A DNA stretch of 64,000 nt from Scenedesmus sp. PABB004 (taxonomy: Eukaryota). Each line of letters starts with the position of its first letter. Position 1 is the first letter of the stretch. This document shows, piece by piece, positions 28,701 to 40,416 of this stretch. The position numbers were made by a program, and so were the translations under genes. The notes under the pieces are model-generated. The model was not told the origin of the DNA, made no database searches, and saw nothing but the letters and a program-made list of their open reading frames with translations. The stretch covers positions 1,116,001 through 1,180,000 of the forward strand of contig JABVCE010000002.1 in assembly GCA_014905635.1 (NCBI GenBank). The letters run 5' to 3'.

Positions 28701-30209
28701 GCGCCCGCCGAGCCGGCGGCGCCCGGCGGCATGACCTTCCATGAGGACAGCTACCCCGCCGAGGTGCTCAACAGCGCGGCGAGCTTCAGGGCCGTCGTGC
28801 CGAGCGCCGGCAGCTTCCGGCCCGCGGCGCAGCAGCGCGTCGCGGCGAGCGCGGGCGACGGCGCGCCGGCGGCGCCGGACGTGAGCATGCGCGACGGCGT
28901 CGTCCCGGCGCAGGACGTGAGCATGCGCGGCGTGGCGGCGGAGCTCGAGCGCGCACGCGCGGCGCCCGACGCCGGCATGCGCACGCCCGACGCCACGCCG
29001 GGCTCGTCCGAGCCGGAGCTGGAGCCCCACGCGATCGAGGTGAGCTGCACCAGCTTCAGTCGCCTCTTCGGCAGCGGCCGCAGCTTCAGCCAGCAGCACG
29101 TCGCGCCGCAGCTGCAGCGCAGCAGCATGGACGCCGACGGCGCCGCCGTGGTGGAGCCGAGCGGCTGCAGCCTGACGCGGCTGTTCAGCAGCAGCGGCCG
29201 CAGCTTCAGCCAGCAGCACCAGCAGCAGCAGCAGCACGCAGGGCCGCAGCCGCTGCAGCGCAGCAGCATGGACGCCGACGGCGCCGCCGTGGTGGAGCCG
29301 AGCGGCTGCAGCCTGACGCGGCTGTTCAGCAGCAGCGGCCGCAGCTTCAGCCAGCAGCACCAGCAGCAGCAGCAGCACGCAGGGCCGCAGCCGCTGCAGC
29401 GCAGCAGCATGGACGCCGACGGCGCCGCCGTGGTGGAGCCGAGCGGCTGCAGCCTGACGCGGCTGTTCAGCAGCAGCGGCCGCAGCTTCAGCCAGCAGCA
29501 CCAGCAGCACCAGGCAGGGCCGCAGTCGCTGCAGCGCAGTAGCATGGACGCCGACGGCGCCGCCGCGGTGGAGCGCAGCGGCTGCAGCCTGACGCGGCTG
29601 TTCAGCAGCAGCGGCCGCAGCTTCAGCCAGCAGCACGCGGCGGCGCCGGACAGCGCGCAGGCGATGGCCGTCGAGGCGAGCGGGTGCAGCCTGACGCGCA
29701 TCTTCAGTGGCGGCCGCAGCTTCACGACCAACTCGGTGACGCCGCCGAGCACGGGCGGCGACAGCAACCCCGACGCTGGGGCGGCCGCGGCGCACGCGCA
29801 CGCGGTGGAGGGCAGCGGCCGCAGCTTCAGCCGGCTGCTGGGCCCCTGCGGTGGCGCCGACATCCTCGGCGCGGCGGGCCACTTTGTGGAGGGCAGCGGC
29901 CGCAGCTTCAGCCGCATGTTCTCAACCTGCAGCTGCGCGCCCGAGCCCAGCGTCGCCGCCGGCGTCGCGGGGCAGCCCGCAGCGCCCCCGGCTGAGCCGC
30001 AGCCGGCGGCAGCCGCGGCCGGGGTGCCGCAGCCGGGGTGGCTGTCCGATGCTGCAGCCGCGGCGGGGCTGGACGTGCAGGCGCAGCTCACGCACCTGCA
30101 CCTCACCCCGCCGACGCTGGACGCCGTGCCGGACGAGGAGCCGGAGCTGCCAGGCCCGGCCCAGCCGGCGCCGCCCGCCGCCGCACACGCGGGCTGTGCG
30201 CTGCCTTGA
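25703..30209 (+). CDS. Hypothetical low-complexity Ala/Ser-rich protein with internal tandem repeats
   Basis: Long exons (about 26555-27329 and 27456-30209) with coding-like codon bias and canonical splice sites. No recognisable domain. Confidence 0.6.
29040..29725 (+). repeat. Coding tandem repeat, 141-bp (47-aa) unit
   Basis: The ATG of the SSMDADG motif recurs at 29127, 29268, 29409 and 29544 (spacing 141, 141, 135). Degenerate copies flank the array. Confidence 0.95.
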
Positions 30210-31488
30210 GCTGTGCGCTGCCGGCTGCGTGCGCGGCTGGGCAGCCTCGGGCGCGTGCGTCGGCGGGGCCGTTGGCCCCGCATGCCTGTCTGCGCGCCGT
30301 GCGTTGCGCGCCCCCATACTCTTCGAGTGGGCACTGCCTCACCTTCCACCGCCGCCGAGCTCGGCGGTGCAGGACGCGTCGCATTCACTTCCAAACCCGG
30401 TCGGTGGGTTCGCGCACCGCCAAGAACAACGGACACACTGACGTCCGAGGCGGCGCCCAGCTGGGTCTTTTTCTTTTTTCCGGTCATATCGCGTGTGCGG
30501 GTGTGGGGGCGGGTGCCGCGTTGGGGCCGGCGAGCGAGGTGTCGCCGGACGCTCAGGGGGAGCTTGGTGCGCGGCAGCGTGCGTGGGCTGGGGCGCGCAG
30601 CCTGCACAGGGGCTCCTTCAGCCGCGCGTCGTCGCGCGGCGGGCGCTCGTCTGGCTGGCGCACGTTTGGTGGGACTGGGGCGCACACCTCTCTTTCAGCA
30701 CTGTGTGACACGAATAGAAAAAAACGCGGGTGCAACGCCATCGCACCTCACCTCACCTCACGCATCTCGAGGCTCCCAAACCAAACCCCTGCACACACGT
30801 CGGCCTCTGCGGCTTGTCTCAAGGTGGTCCGTTGGTGGAGCTTCCAATCCACGAGCGGCGCGCTTGCGCTCACAACCCAACCCTGCGCCAGCTGGCTGGC
30901 GTCCCCTTCCTGGTTGGCCCCCCACCGTCCTCTATATATCCATCCAGCGCCCTGCGGCGCGCCTGCTGCGTGCGGCGGTCGCGATTTGGCCCTTGACGAG
31001 GCGCGCGCCTCGCGCGGTGTGCATGCGCCTTGGCATTTGCGTACGCGCGACTGCATGCCTGTTGCTGGCCGAGCTCTGCGCCGCGCGGTCGGTCGTGAGG
31101 GAGGACGTGCCCTGCGCTCGTGAATTGCCAGGCCCTGCTGCGCATCAGGTGCGTGCGGCTGCTGGGATTCTGACATGGTGCGGCTGCACTCTCCCGACCG
31201 GGATCACGGGTTTGACCAATGGCAAGCGCCTGATCGCGGCCTAGCTGCATGCACGCCTGCGTGCTCACGCACGGCGCCACATCCGTCTGCGGCGCGGCGC
31301 TTGCTCCTCCCCTTTGCCTCGCGCGAGGCTGCGCGTGACCGCGCGCTCAAGCAACTGGCGTGTCGCCCGCCGGGCCAAAGTTGCAACGCTCCCGACATCC
31401 GCGCAGCCGCCCGCCCCAGCGTTTCGCCGACGCGCCCGCCGCCCGACACGGCGTGCCGTCACAGCCGCCGCCGCGCCCCCCGCAGCAC

Positions 31489-32374
31489 TCATTTCGCGGT
31501 CACCTTCTCCTTGCCGCCGCCGCCGCCGCCTGCGTACTTCTGCGGGCGCGGCAGCAGGGCGTGTCAGCCGCCGCTGGGCGCCGCTGGGCGCGCCGCCGCC
31601 GCCGGGCGCCGCCGCTGCCGGCGCGTGCCGCATCGTCGCACCTTCTTGCCCGTCGTGAACGGCAGGTAGCGGTACTTGATCATGTGCTTGATTTGGCGCT
31701 TCATCGTCACGCCAAAGAGCAGCAGCCAGTACAGCAGCAGGATGGGCCAGAAGACGGGCACGTCAAACATGGAGAAAAAGGTTAGCAGCATGCCGATCCA
31801 CAGCGACTTGATGGACGACCACCTGCGCGCCGCGGCGGCCGGCCGGCGGCGCGGCGGGGCGTGCGCTGCTCGCCCTGCCGCGCGCCCGCGCGCGCTGCGC
31901 TCGCTCGCTCGCGCTGCGCCCCGCGCGCGCTGCGCCCCGCGCGAGCTGCGCCCCCACGCGCTGCGCCCCCACGCGCTGCGCTCGCGCATGCTGCCCCCCC
32001 CCCCCCCCCCCGGGCGTGGCCCCGGCCGTGGCGGCGGCGCACCAGAACTTGAACTCTGGCAGCCGCCGCACAAAGGGCTTGAACTCCTGGTCCGACTTGG
32101 TCGGCAGCTCCGGGCCCTCCTCGAGCTCGGGGTCGACCTGCGGCGTGATGAAGCCGAGCAGCAGGTTGAGGTTGTAGATGCCCAGGCCGTACGTGACGAT
32201 GTAGAAGCCCTTTAGCAGCGACACGCGCAGCACGTAGAGCAGCAGCGACGCGGCCCACGCGCCCCAGCGCGGCGCGATGAGCGGCGCGACGCGGTCGAGC
32301 AGGACCTGCGTCTGCTGGTTGACCTTGAACGCCAGCGCCGCCAGCGGGCTGCCCTCCTCCTCCGGCGCGTCCAT
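31489..32374 (-). CDS. RER1: Protein RER1 (ER retrieval receptor)
   Basis: [52 protein letters not shown] and [16 protein letters not shown]. Confidence 0.96.
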
Positions 32375-33028
32375 GCCGCTGCGCCCGCCGCCGGGCGGCC
32401 CTGCGCGGCCCGCGCGCGCGCGCGGTGAGCAGCGGCGGCGCGCGGCTGCCCGCCCGCCGCGCCCGCCCGGCCTACGGGGCCCTGGCCACGCGGCTGCTAG
32501 CCCGGCCGGTCAAGGCCAGGGCGGCCGGATCCGTCGCGGCCGGCGCAGCCCGGAGCAGGGGGAGAGGGCGAGCAGGAGCTGCCCATCAGGCGCCACCCCA
32601 CGCCTCACCGCGGGCGAGGCGCGCGCACGCCCGCCTCCGGCGTCGGGGGCCGATGCGCTCTGTCTGAGCGGCGCCTGCTGGGGAGAAGCGGCTGCGAGAG
32701 GCGGAGTCCTGTCGGTTGGCGCGAGCGCTGTCCGCGTTGGGGTGATGCCGCGTGCCGAGGCTAAGGAGATTGACGGTTGGGGCGGGCTGTGGGCGGACGG
32801 GCGCCGCGGCGGCGGCGCCGCCGAAGCAGCGGCGCGGCGCGCGTCCCAGCGGAGGTGCAGCGGCCGGCGGCGCAGCGCGCGCCGCGCCGGGGCCGATCCC
32901 CGGCGCCCTGCTGGCGTCGTCGCCTGCTCGCACAGGCCTGACCACGTCCGCGGCACCGCGCGGGGAGCGGTCAACCGTGTTGCCGTCGTTCACACAGCGT
33001 TTGCCGCGCCGCGCTGTGCGCCGCCGCC

Positions 33029-33448
33029 ATGCAGGGCGCCGCGCTGCTGTCGTGCCTGGCCGGCGCCGCGGCGCGGGGTGCGCCGCGCACGGGCGGCCAG
33101 GCCAGGCGTGCGCAGCTGGTGTGCCGCCGAAGCGGCTCACGCGGCTCGCGCGCGCGACGCAGTGTGGGAGGCCATCGACGCTTCGGTGGCGTGGGTGTGC
33201 GGCCTCGACCAGCCCAAGTACGCGTGGGCCATCGAGCGCCACCACCAGCACGAGGCGGAGGTGCGGCGGGAGGCCGCGGCGGCGCGGCGGGAGGCCGCGG
33301 CCCGCGGCCGCGAGCTCGCGGCGCCGCGGCTGCACGCGCCGGCCAGCCGACCGGTCGCCGCCGCGGCCCGCAGCTCGAGCAGCTGCGGCGGCAGGACGTG
33401 GAGGGCGCCGCCGGCGGCGACGACGACGACGGCAGAGCGCGGCTGTGA
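33029..33448 (+). CDS. Small FAM177-like protein (start and exon structure uncertain)
   Basis: Core VAWVCGLDQPKYAWAIERH resembles the FAM177 motif (F.GI..PKYQYAI.EY), followed by a charged helical tail. Confidence 0.4.
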   Translation: MQGAALLSCLAGAAARGAPRTGGQARRAQLVCRRSGSRGSRARRSVGGHRRFGGVGVRPRPAQVRVGHRAPPPARGGGAAGGRGGAAGGRGPRPRARGAAAARAGQPTGRRRGPQLEQLRRQDVEGAAGGDDDDGRARL

Positions 33449-33618
33449 GCCGGCCGCCTGCCGCGGCAGCCGAGCCCCGGCGCGCGGGCTCGCACGGCGG
33501 GGCGCAGGGCCGTGCGGGCGCCCCCCAGCGTCGGGGCGCGCGGCGCAGGGCCGGCCGCGGGCTCGGCCGGCGGTGGTTGTGCGGGGTGCCCGCTGCAGCG
33601 CTGCAGTGCGCCGGCGGC

Positions 33619-34357
33619 TCAGAGGTCCTTCTCAGCGACCTTGAGGTTGTTGCGCGCGAGCGCGGCGTAGCAGCGCCGGCAGATGGCGGCGAGGTGCCAC
33701 GGGTTCCAGGGAGACATGGACTTGAAGTCCTCCTGCAAGCGGCGGCGGCCACGGCGGCGGCGGCGGCGGCGGTGGTCGCGGCGGTCGCGGCCGAGATTGA
33801 TTGCGCGGGCGCGCGCCGCGGCCGCGCTGCGCGCTTGCGGCGCGGTGCCGCGAGGCGCTGCGCGCGCCTGGAAAGAAATGAACATGAGCAGCGGGATGAC
33901 CACGGCCATGCAGCCCGCCTGTGCGCGGCGCGGGGCCGGCGGCGCGTGCGGCGCCCGGGCGCGCTGCGCCGTGCCGCGCCGCGCGTGCTGCTGCCGCCCC
34001 ACCGCCGCACCGTGATGGGTGGGAAGGCCACCACCAGGTAGGGGCGCTGCGCCAGGTGCGCCTGCGCGGACGGCGGCCGCGGCTCGCACGGGCCGTCTCG
34101 CGGCGCGGGCGGCCGCCTCGTGCACGCGGCCCGGCCGCGCGGCGCGCCTGGATGTAGTGCAGGAACGCGTACAGGCCGCCCAGGATGCCCACGCTGCGGG
34201 CGGGCGCGGAGGCGCTGAGGCGCGGGGCCCGCGCCGAGCAGCGGCAGCGCTGCACGCGCCGCCGTCGGCAGCAGCGCGCGCACATCAGCGTCGCTGCCTG
34301 CGCCGCCGGCACCGTCAGCCTGCTGCCCCGCCGCGCCAGCAGGGCGTCGCCCGGCAT
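33619..34357 (-). CDS. Small (about 110 aa) hypothetical membrane protein, 5 exons
   Basis: The spliced reading MPGDALLARRGSRLTVPAAQAATLIVGILGGLYAFLHYIQAHLAQRPYLVVAFPPITAGCMAVVIPLLMFISFQEDFKSMSPWNPWH...AEKDL keeps frame across GT/GC-AG introns. Confidence 0.6.
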
Positions 34358-34772
34358 GGCTCGCGGCTGCGGCGCCGGCGCCGGCAGCGGGGCGCCGGCA
34401 GCGTTGCGGCGCTGCACCAGGGGCGCGGAGCTCCTGTTGGCCGGTGCGCCTTCACCAATCGGATGGCAGGAACGTGCGCGGAGCAACTGTGAGGCCGGCA
34501 GGGGCTGCGAGAGCGAGAGAGGGTGGCACACTCCAGCGTCACTGCCGCTGCGCCGCCAACCCTCGCGCGCTCTGGTTCAAGGGCTCCTCCCGGCGCCCCG
34601 CACGGCATCCCTGCCTGACCGCGCTCTACGCGCCCGCGACTTGGCCGGCCAGCCCGCGCGGCTGCCGCTGCGCCGGCGGAGCTGCTGCCGCCGCCGCTGC
34701 GCCGCTGCAGCGCTGCCGCGCCACCACCGCCGCCGCTGCGCCGCTGCAGCTGCAACAGCTGCTGCCGCCGCG

Positions 34773-36190
34773 ATGGACCCAGACCTGGAGCAGTTTGTGC
34801 GCATCCCGCCGCAGCCGCTGGAGGCGCTGGCCGAGGTGGAGCTGGAGGAGGGCTGCCAGTGCCTCGCGCTGTCGTCCGACGGCGCGCTGCTGGCGGCGGG
34901 CACGTGCGAGCCGAGCGTGGCGCTGCTCGACGCGCGACGCGGCCTCAGCACGCTGCGCACGCTGGCGGGCCACGCGGGCGGCACCAACTCGCTCGCGTTT
35001 GCGGCGCGCGGGCGGCTCGTGTCGGCGGGGGAGGACGGCGCGGCTGCCGTCTGGTGCTCGGCCAGCGGCGCCTGCCTCGCGCGGCTCGAGTGCGAGGGCG
35101 AGCGCGCCGACCGCACGCCCGACGGCCACAGCGTCGGGCACGTCGCGGTCAGCGCCGACGGCGCGCTCGCCGCGTGCGCGGCGGGGCGCACGCTGCACTG
35201 CTTCGAGGTCGGCGGCGACGAGTTTGAGCCGGGGCGCCGCGTCTGGCCGCCCGTGGACGGCGGCGTGATCGAGGCGGTGCGCTGGGCGGGCGACAGGCTG
35301 CTGGTCGCCCACTACGGCGGCGTGAAGATCTTCACGGCCCGCCCGGGCGAGCCTGGCGTCGCGTTGGAGTATGGCGCCAACGTGCTGTCCGTGGCGGCGA
35401 CGCCCGGGCTGGACTACGTCGTCGGGGGCGCGTTTGACGCGTGCGTGCACATTTGGCGGTTCTCGCCGTCGCAGGCGCTCGACAGCGACCGCACCGAGCT
35501 CGTGGAGTACAGCTGCGGCGGCTACGCGAGCCGCGTCAACGCCGTCGACTTCAACGCTGCCGGCTCGGCGCTCGCGTCGGTGAGCTGCCGCGAGGCTGCG
35601 CCGCAGCCGTCGTGCGCCGCGCCCAGCAGCGCCGCCCCGCGCGTCGGCCCGCACCACGAGCGTCAGCAGCACCAGCTCGCGCTGCCGCCGCCGCCGGCCA
35701 GCTCGGCGGGCCGCAGGTGACGGTCTGGGACTTTTCGTCGCCCGAGGGCCCCGCCGACACCACGCCGCTCGTCGCGCTCGGGCACACCAAGAGCGCGAGC
35801 TGCCAGGCGTGGCAGCCGGTGGCGGGGTCGACGCTGCTGCTGACCGGCGGCCGCGACGGGCGCGTGCTCGTGTTTGACTGCGCCCAGTTTGCCGACGACG
35901 ACGACGAGGGCCCAAAGATCACCGCGCCGATCGCGGTGGCGCCGGAGCCCGCGCCGGACGAGGTCACCGCGGTCGCCTGGGGCGCCGCGGAGCCGGCGGT
36001 GGTCTTTGCCGCGCACGCGTCGGGTGCGCGCGCGGCGGCGGCGGCGGCCGCCCGTCGCGAGCGCCGCGCGCTGACCGCGCGCCTCGCGCGTCGCGCGCTG
36101 ACCGCCCGTTGCGCGCGCCGCCGCCGCACAGGCATCGTGCGGCGATGGGCCGTGCCGCCGCGGCAGGCGCGACCGCGCGCGAGCGAGTGA
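34773..36190 (+). CDS. WD40 repeat protein
   Basis: LAGHAGGTNSLAF..LVSAGEDGAAAVW, GGAFDACVHIW, VTVWDF and LGHTKSASCQAW..LLTGGRDGRVLVFD. Confidence 0.9.
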
Positions 36191-36736
36191 GCGAGCGAGC
36201 CGGTCACTGGCGCAGCGGCGCAGGGTTCGCTGGCAAGGCATCGGCGCGGCCGCGCCGGCGCCGGCACACACGTCCTGCGAGCACCCCGTGCAGTTAACGA
36301 TCGCCCCAGCCGTCCGCCGGCAGCCCAGCCCTCACGCCGCGAGCGCACGGGCGTGCGAAAGGCTGGGACTTGCTGCTGCTCCCTCCGCAGCGCTCGCGGC
36401 CGGGCGTGCCTGCCAGCCACCGCGCCGTGCACACCCGGAGGGGACGCCGCAGCCCAGCCGCGCCATGGAGCGGTGGCGCGCCTAGCGGGCGGGCTGCGCC
36501 ATCCCGGTGCGCGCCAAGCGGGCTGACCGCGCGCGCCGGGGCCCAGCAGCCGGCTCGGCAGCGGGAAGACGCTCACCACCATCTACGCTGCGCCCAGCCG
36601 GGGCGCCAGCGATTCAGCGGCCCCGGCGGGCCAGCGGCGCCGTTCGCGCTGCGCCGCCGTGCAGTCCGCGGCCCGCCGCCGCCGCCGCCCATCGCCGCGG
36701 TGGCGCCACCCATCGCCTGTGCCTCCCGCCGCAGCG

Positions 36737-37004
36737 ATGTCATCATCGGGCGGCGCTGCGGCGGCGCCGGCGCGGCCCGCGCTGCCGGGCAGCTGCCCCG
36801 GGCCGGCGTTGCAGGTCGAGAAGCGCGGCAGCATCTACAAGGCGGCCGCGGTGCAGGTGCTGCGCCAGGAGCGGCGGCTGATGAACGCCGGCGAGATCAT
36901 GAAGTGCGCGGCTGATGCTGGCGCGCGCGCAGCGCCACCAGGGCCGGCCGCCGCAGTCGCGCCACCACCGCGCCCCCTGGAGCTCACACCACCGCCGCCG
37001 CCCT

Positions 37005-37035
<31 letters not shown>

Positions 37036-37755
37036 GCTCGCCTCGCCGCGCAGGCTCGCGATGGCGCGGGGCCTCATGACGGCGGGCGGCCGCACGCCCG
37101 AGCACACCATGTCGTCGGCGCTGCTCGTCGACCTGCGCCGGCGCGCCGGCGCGTCCTTGTTTGTCAAGTGTGTCCTCGCGCGCTGCGGGTGGCTGCGGGT
37201 GGCTGGCGCCGGCTGCTGCCAGCGGCAGCAGGCGCCGGCGGCGGCGCGCGCGCGCGTTTACTTGCGCCGCCGCGGCGGGCGACCGCTGCGCCGCCCGGCC
37301 GCCGCCCCAGGCCACAGGAGGGCCTGTTTGGCCTGCGGGAGTGGGAGGAGGACGCGGCCGGCGGCGAGCAGACGGCGGCTGAGCCGCTTCTCCCCAGTCG
37401 CAGCGGCGGCAGCAGCAAGCCCGGCGGGGATGCCGGCACGGTGGGCGGGCGGGCGCTTGGCGGGGTCGACCAGGCCCCAGCCCCAGCTGCCCACGCAACG
37501 CTGTCCGCTGGCTGCCCGCAGGAGCCTCCCCAGTCTGACGGCGACTCCCAGGCCGGGCGTGCCAGCGACCAGGCGGCGGGCAGCAAGGTCGGGCGCAACC
37601 GGCAGGCGCCCGCGGCGCAGCAGCCGGAGGAGCTGCAGCTCCCACACGTCTCGCAGGCGCAGGCGCCCTGGGCGCAGGCGCAGCAGCAACAGCAGCCGCC
37701 GCAGCAGCCGGCGCAGGCGCAGGCGCAGGCACAGGCGGAGGCACAGGCACAGACT

Positions 37756-37811
<56 letters not shown>

Positions 37812-39810
37812 CTGGCAGCGGGAGCAGCAGCGCGACGAGCAGCAGGGGGGCCACCGGGAGCAGGTTGAGCAGCACCAGCGGTGCCACGCCCGCGTGAGCC
37901 CAGCAGGCAGCTCCCGCGAGGCGCATGCAGCAGCGCGCGCGCCGGTCACGTCGCCGCGCAGCAGCCCTGCAGGCAGCGGTGGCGGCGGCGGGTGCAGCGG
38001 CGGCAGCGGGCAGTCTTCTGGGCTGGCCTCGCCCCGCGACGGGCTGCTGTCGCTGCACGAGCTCTGCAGTCCGACGCCCTTTGCGCCGCGCAGCTTCATT
38101 GACGGCGCCACCATCGCTGGCGGCGGCAGGCGCAGGCAGCAGCTCTCGGTGGCCATTCCAGGGCAGGAGGTGGGCTGGCGCCGCTCCGGCACGCCGGGCG
38201 CTTGCGGCCGCCGCCGCGTCGCCAGCCACGTGCCGCGCCCTGCCCCTGCTCGCAGGCCATCAACATCGGCGGCGGCAGCGGTCCGCAGCAGCCGCCTGTG
38301 CAGTCGCCGCCGGGCAGCCTCATGGCCTCCCTCATGGCCGAGGCGGCGCCGGCGGGCACTTCGGTGGCCAACACCCCGTGGTGAGCGCCGTTGCTGCTGC
38401 TGCGGCGCGCAGGCCACCGTCTGCGGGTGAAGCGCCGCCGCACGCGCGCGCCTCGTCTTGTCACGCCCCCCCCCCTCTCGCCGCAGGGCCGCCAACCACC
38501 TGGTGGGCCTGCTGAGCCCTGGCGCCAACACGCTGCTGGAGGTGAACCCGCTCGCCACACCGCGCGTGGCGGGGCTGCGCGCGCCGCCGCCAGGTGTGGG
38601 CGAGGCAGCAGATGCGCTGGCACACACAGCCGCGCAGTGCGGCGCACCTGGCGCTGCCGGCGCGCCAGCGCCGCCTGCCGAGCCTCCAGCTGCGTTCGCT
38701 GCCGGCAGCAGCAGCGCTGCCGCTGCGGGCGCGCCTGCAGCGGCCGCGGCGCTGGCCGCCGGCGCCGCTGGCAGCGACCTTCGCCAGCAGCAGCTGGGGC
38801 GCATCGCCGCCGCGGTGGCCGGCCAGCTGGCCGGGACCAAGCGCTCCTTTGCGGCTGCTGCATTTGACGACGGGCGGTGCGCACAGATGTGCAACGCTGC
38901 CCAGGGTGCGCGGAGGGCGCCACCGCATTGGGGAGGAGCCCGCCGCTGCTGCTGCCCGACGGGGCCCTGCCAGGGCCCGCGTCTGAGCTGCCCTGGCCCG
39001 CCGCCCGCCCACCTGCCGCAGCCGCCGCCTTCGCCACCATGGGCAGCCCGGGCGCGCGCGGCGCCGCCGACCACGCCACGCTCGCGCAGTGGCAGCAGAC
39101 CATCGAGGCGGCGGAGCAGCAGTGGGGCGCGTCGCACCCGGCGGTCGGGCGCGCGTGGCTGGAGCTCGCGCGCGCGTGGCAGGCAGCGGACAAGGACAGC
39201 GAGCACGCCAAGCACGCGACCAAGAAGGCCTTTGACCTCTGCCAGATCCTGCTCGCGCAGACCACCATGGCGCGCCTGCGCGGCGCCGCCGCTGGCGCGG
39301 CGCGGCGCTCGCGCGCGCGCGTTGGAGCTCGCAACCCCCGCCGCCGACGCGTGCCGCCGCCGCTGCCGCCGCCGCCGCCGCGTGCGCGCGCAGGAGTCGC
39401 AGGCGGCCGAGTCGTTCCAGTACCTGCTGGACAAGTTCAACCGCAAGGCCACCGCCGCCAAGCACATGCGCACGTGCGAGGCCGCCGCGAGCGCCGCGGC
39501 CGCGGCGGCGGCGCTGCCCGCCGAGAGCGCGGCGGCGGCCGCGGCGGCCGCGCCGGCGCCGCTCGCAGCCGTGGCACTGGGCGGCGAGCCCGCGGCGCAG
39601 GCGTTTGCGGTGCCGCTGCTACCGTTCAGCCTGCCGGGCCAGGGCGGCCTGCAGATGCTGCCGGGCGCCCTGGCGCCTGGCCTGCTGCAGGCCCACCCCG
39701 GCAGCGTGGGCGCGGGCAGCGCAGCGGCGGCGGCTGCCGCTGCGGCGGCGGCTGCCGCTGTGGCGGCTGCGGAGGCGGCGGCGGCCGAGGACGCCCGGCC
39801 AGGCGCGTGA
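36737..39810 (+). CDS. HARE-HTH (HB1/ASXL N-terminal winged-helix) domain protein with polyQ and a TPR-like helix pair
   Basis: YKAAAVQVLRQERRLMNAGEIMKLAMARGLM..GRTPEHTMSSAL...FVK..EGLFGLREW matches the HARE-HTH pattern. The C-terminus contains WGASHPAVGRAWLELARAWQ. Confidence 0.75.
37756..37809 (+). repeat. (CAG)n polyglutamine tract
   Basis: About 18 consecutive CAG codons. Confidence 0.95.
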
Positions 39811-40080
39811 GGCGGTTACGTCGTCGCGAGTGCAGCACGCAGTGTGAGACGGACCCGATGCAGGAGCTCCTCCTGTCTGACGCGACAGTGCAGGGCGCGC
39901 AGCGTGTACAGGCCTGTGCGCGTTATGTGTGTGTTATGTGTGTGTGTGTGTGTGTGTGCCCGGCCCGCCGCCCGCGCTCAGCCGGCCAGCAAGTGGGGGT
40001 GCGGGCGGTGGCGCCGCTGCGCGCCGCCCAATAGAGGCGGCCCCGGCGCCGCGCCCGCGTGCAGCATGCTGGGCCGGCAG

Positions 40081-40085
40081 TGTAA
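40081..40085 (+). terminator. TGTAA chlorophyte polyadenylation signal (HARE-HTH gene)
   Basis: TGTAA lies about 270 nt after the stop at 39810. Confidence 0.6.
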
Positions 40086-40416
40086 CAGGCGGCCTCCCAA
40101 GCGCTGCACGAGCAACCTAGTCATAGGCGGAGCCGTGATCGATCGCGGCGTGCGCTGCCAGCCCGCTCGTCAACAGGGCCCGCCCCGACAGCCGGGGCGG
40201 CCACCAACCAGCCACTCAGACTCGCGCCCCCGCCACCGCGCGCCTCACGCAGTGCGGCCCCCAACCCTCGGCGGCACGTCGTCCACCCCGCCCCCGCGTT
40301 CAGTGTGCCCCCACATCATCATCCCCCCACCCCCACACGCAAAACTGCAGTGCGCACCGCATTTCTCCCTCCCTCCCTCCCTGCCCCCCCCCCGTCGCCG
40401 CTGGGCCAGCCGCGCC

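Noticed and set aside
29100..29640. Regularly spaced repeats as a CRISPR-like array
   Set aside because: Whole units repeat with no unique spacers, and the array is an in-frame coding tandem repeat.
30210..31488. Lower-GC region with a TATA-like TCTATATAT (about 30931) as an ncRNA or promoter
   Set aside because: It lies between convergent 3' ends and shows no recognisable RNA family or downstream CDS.
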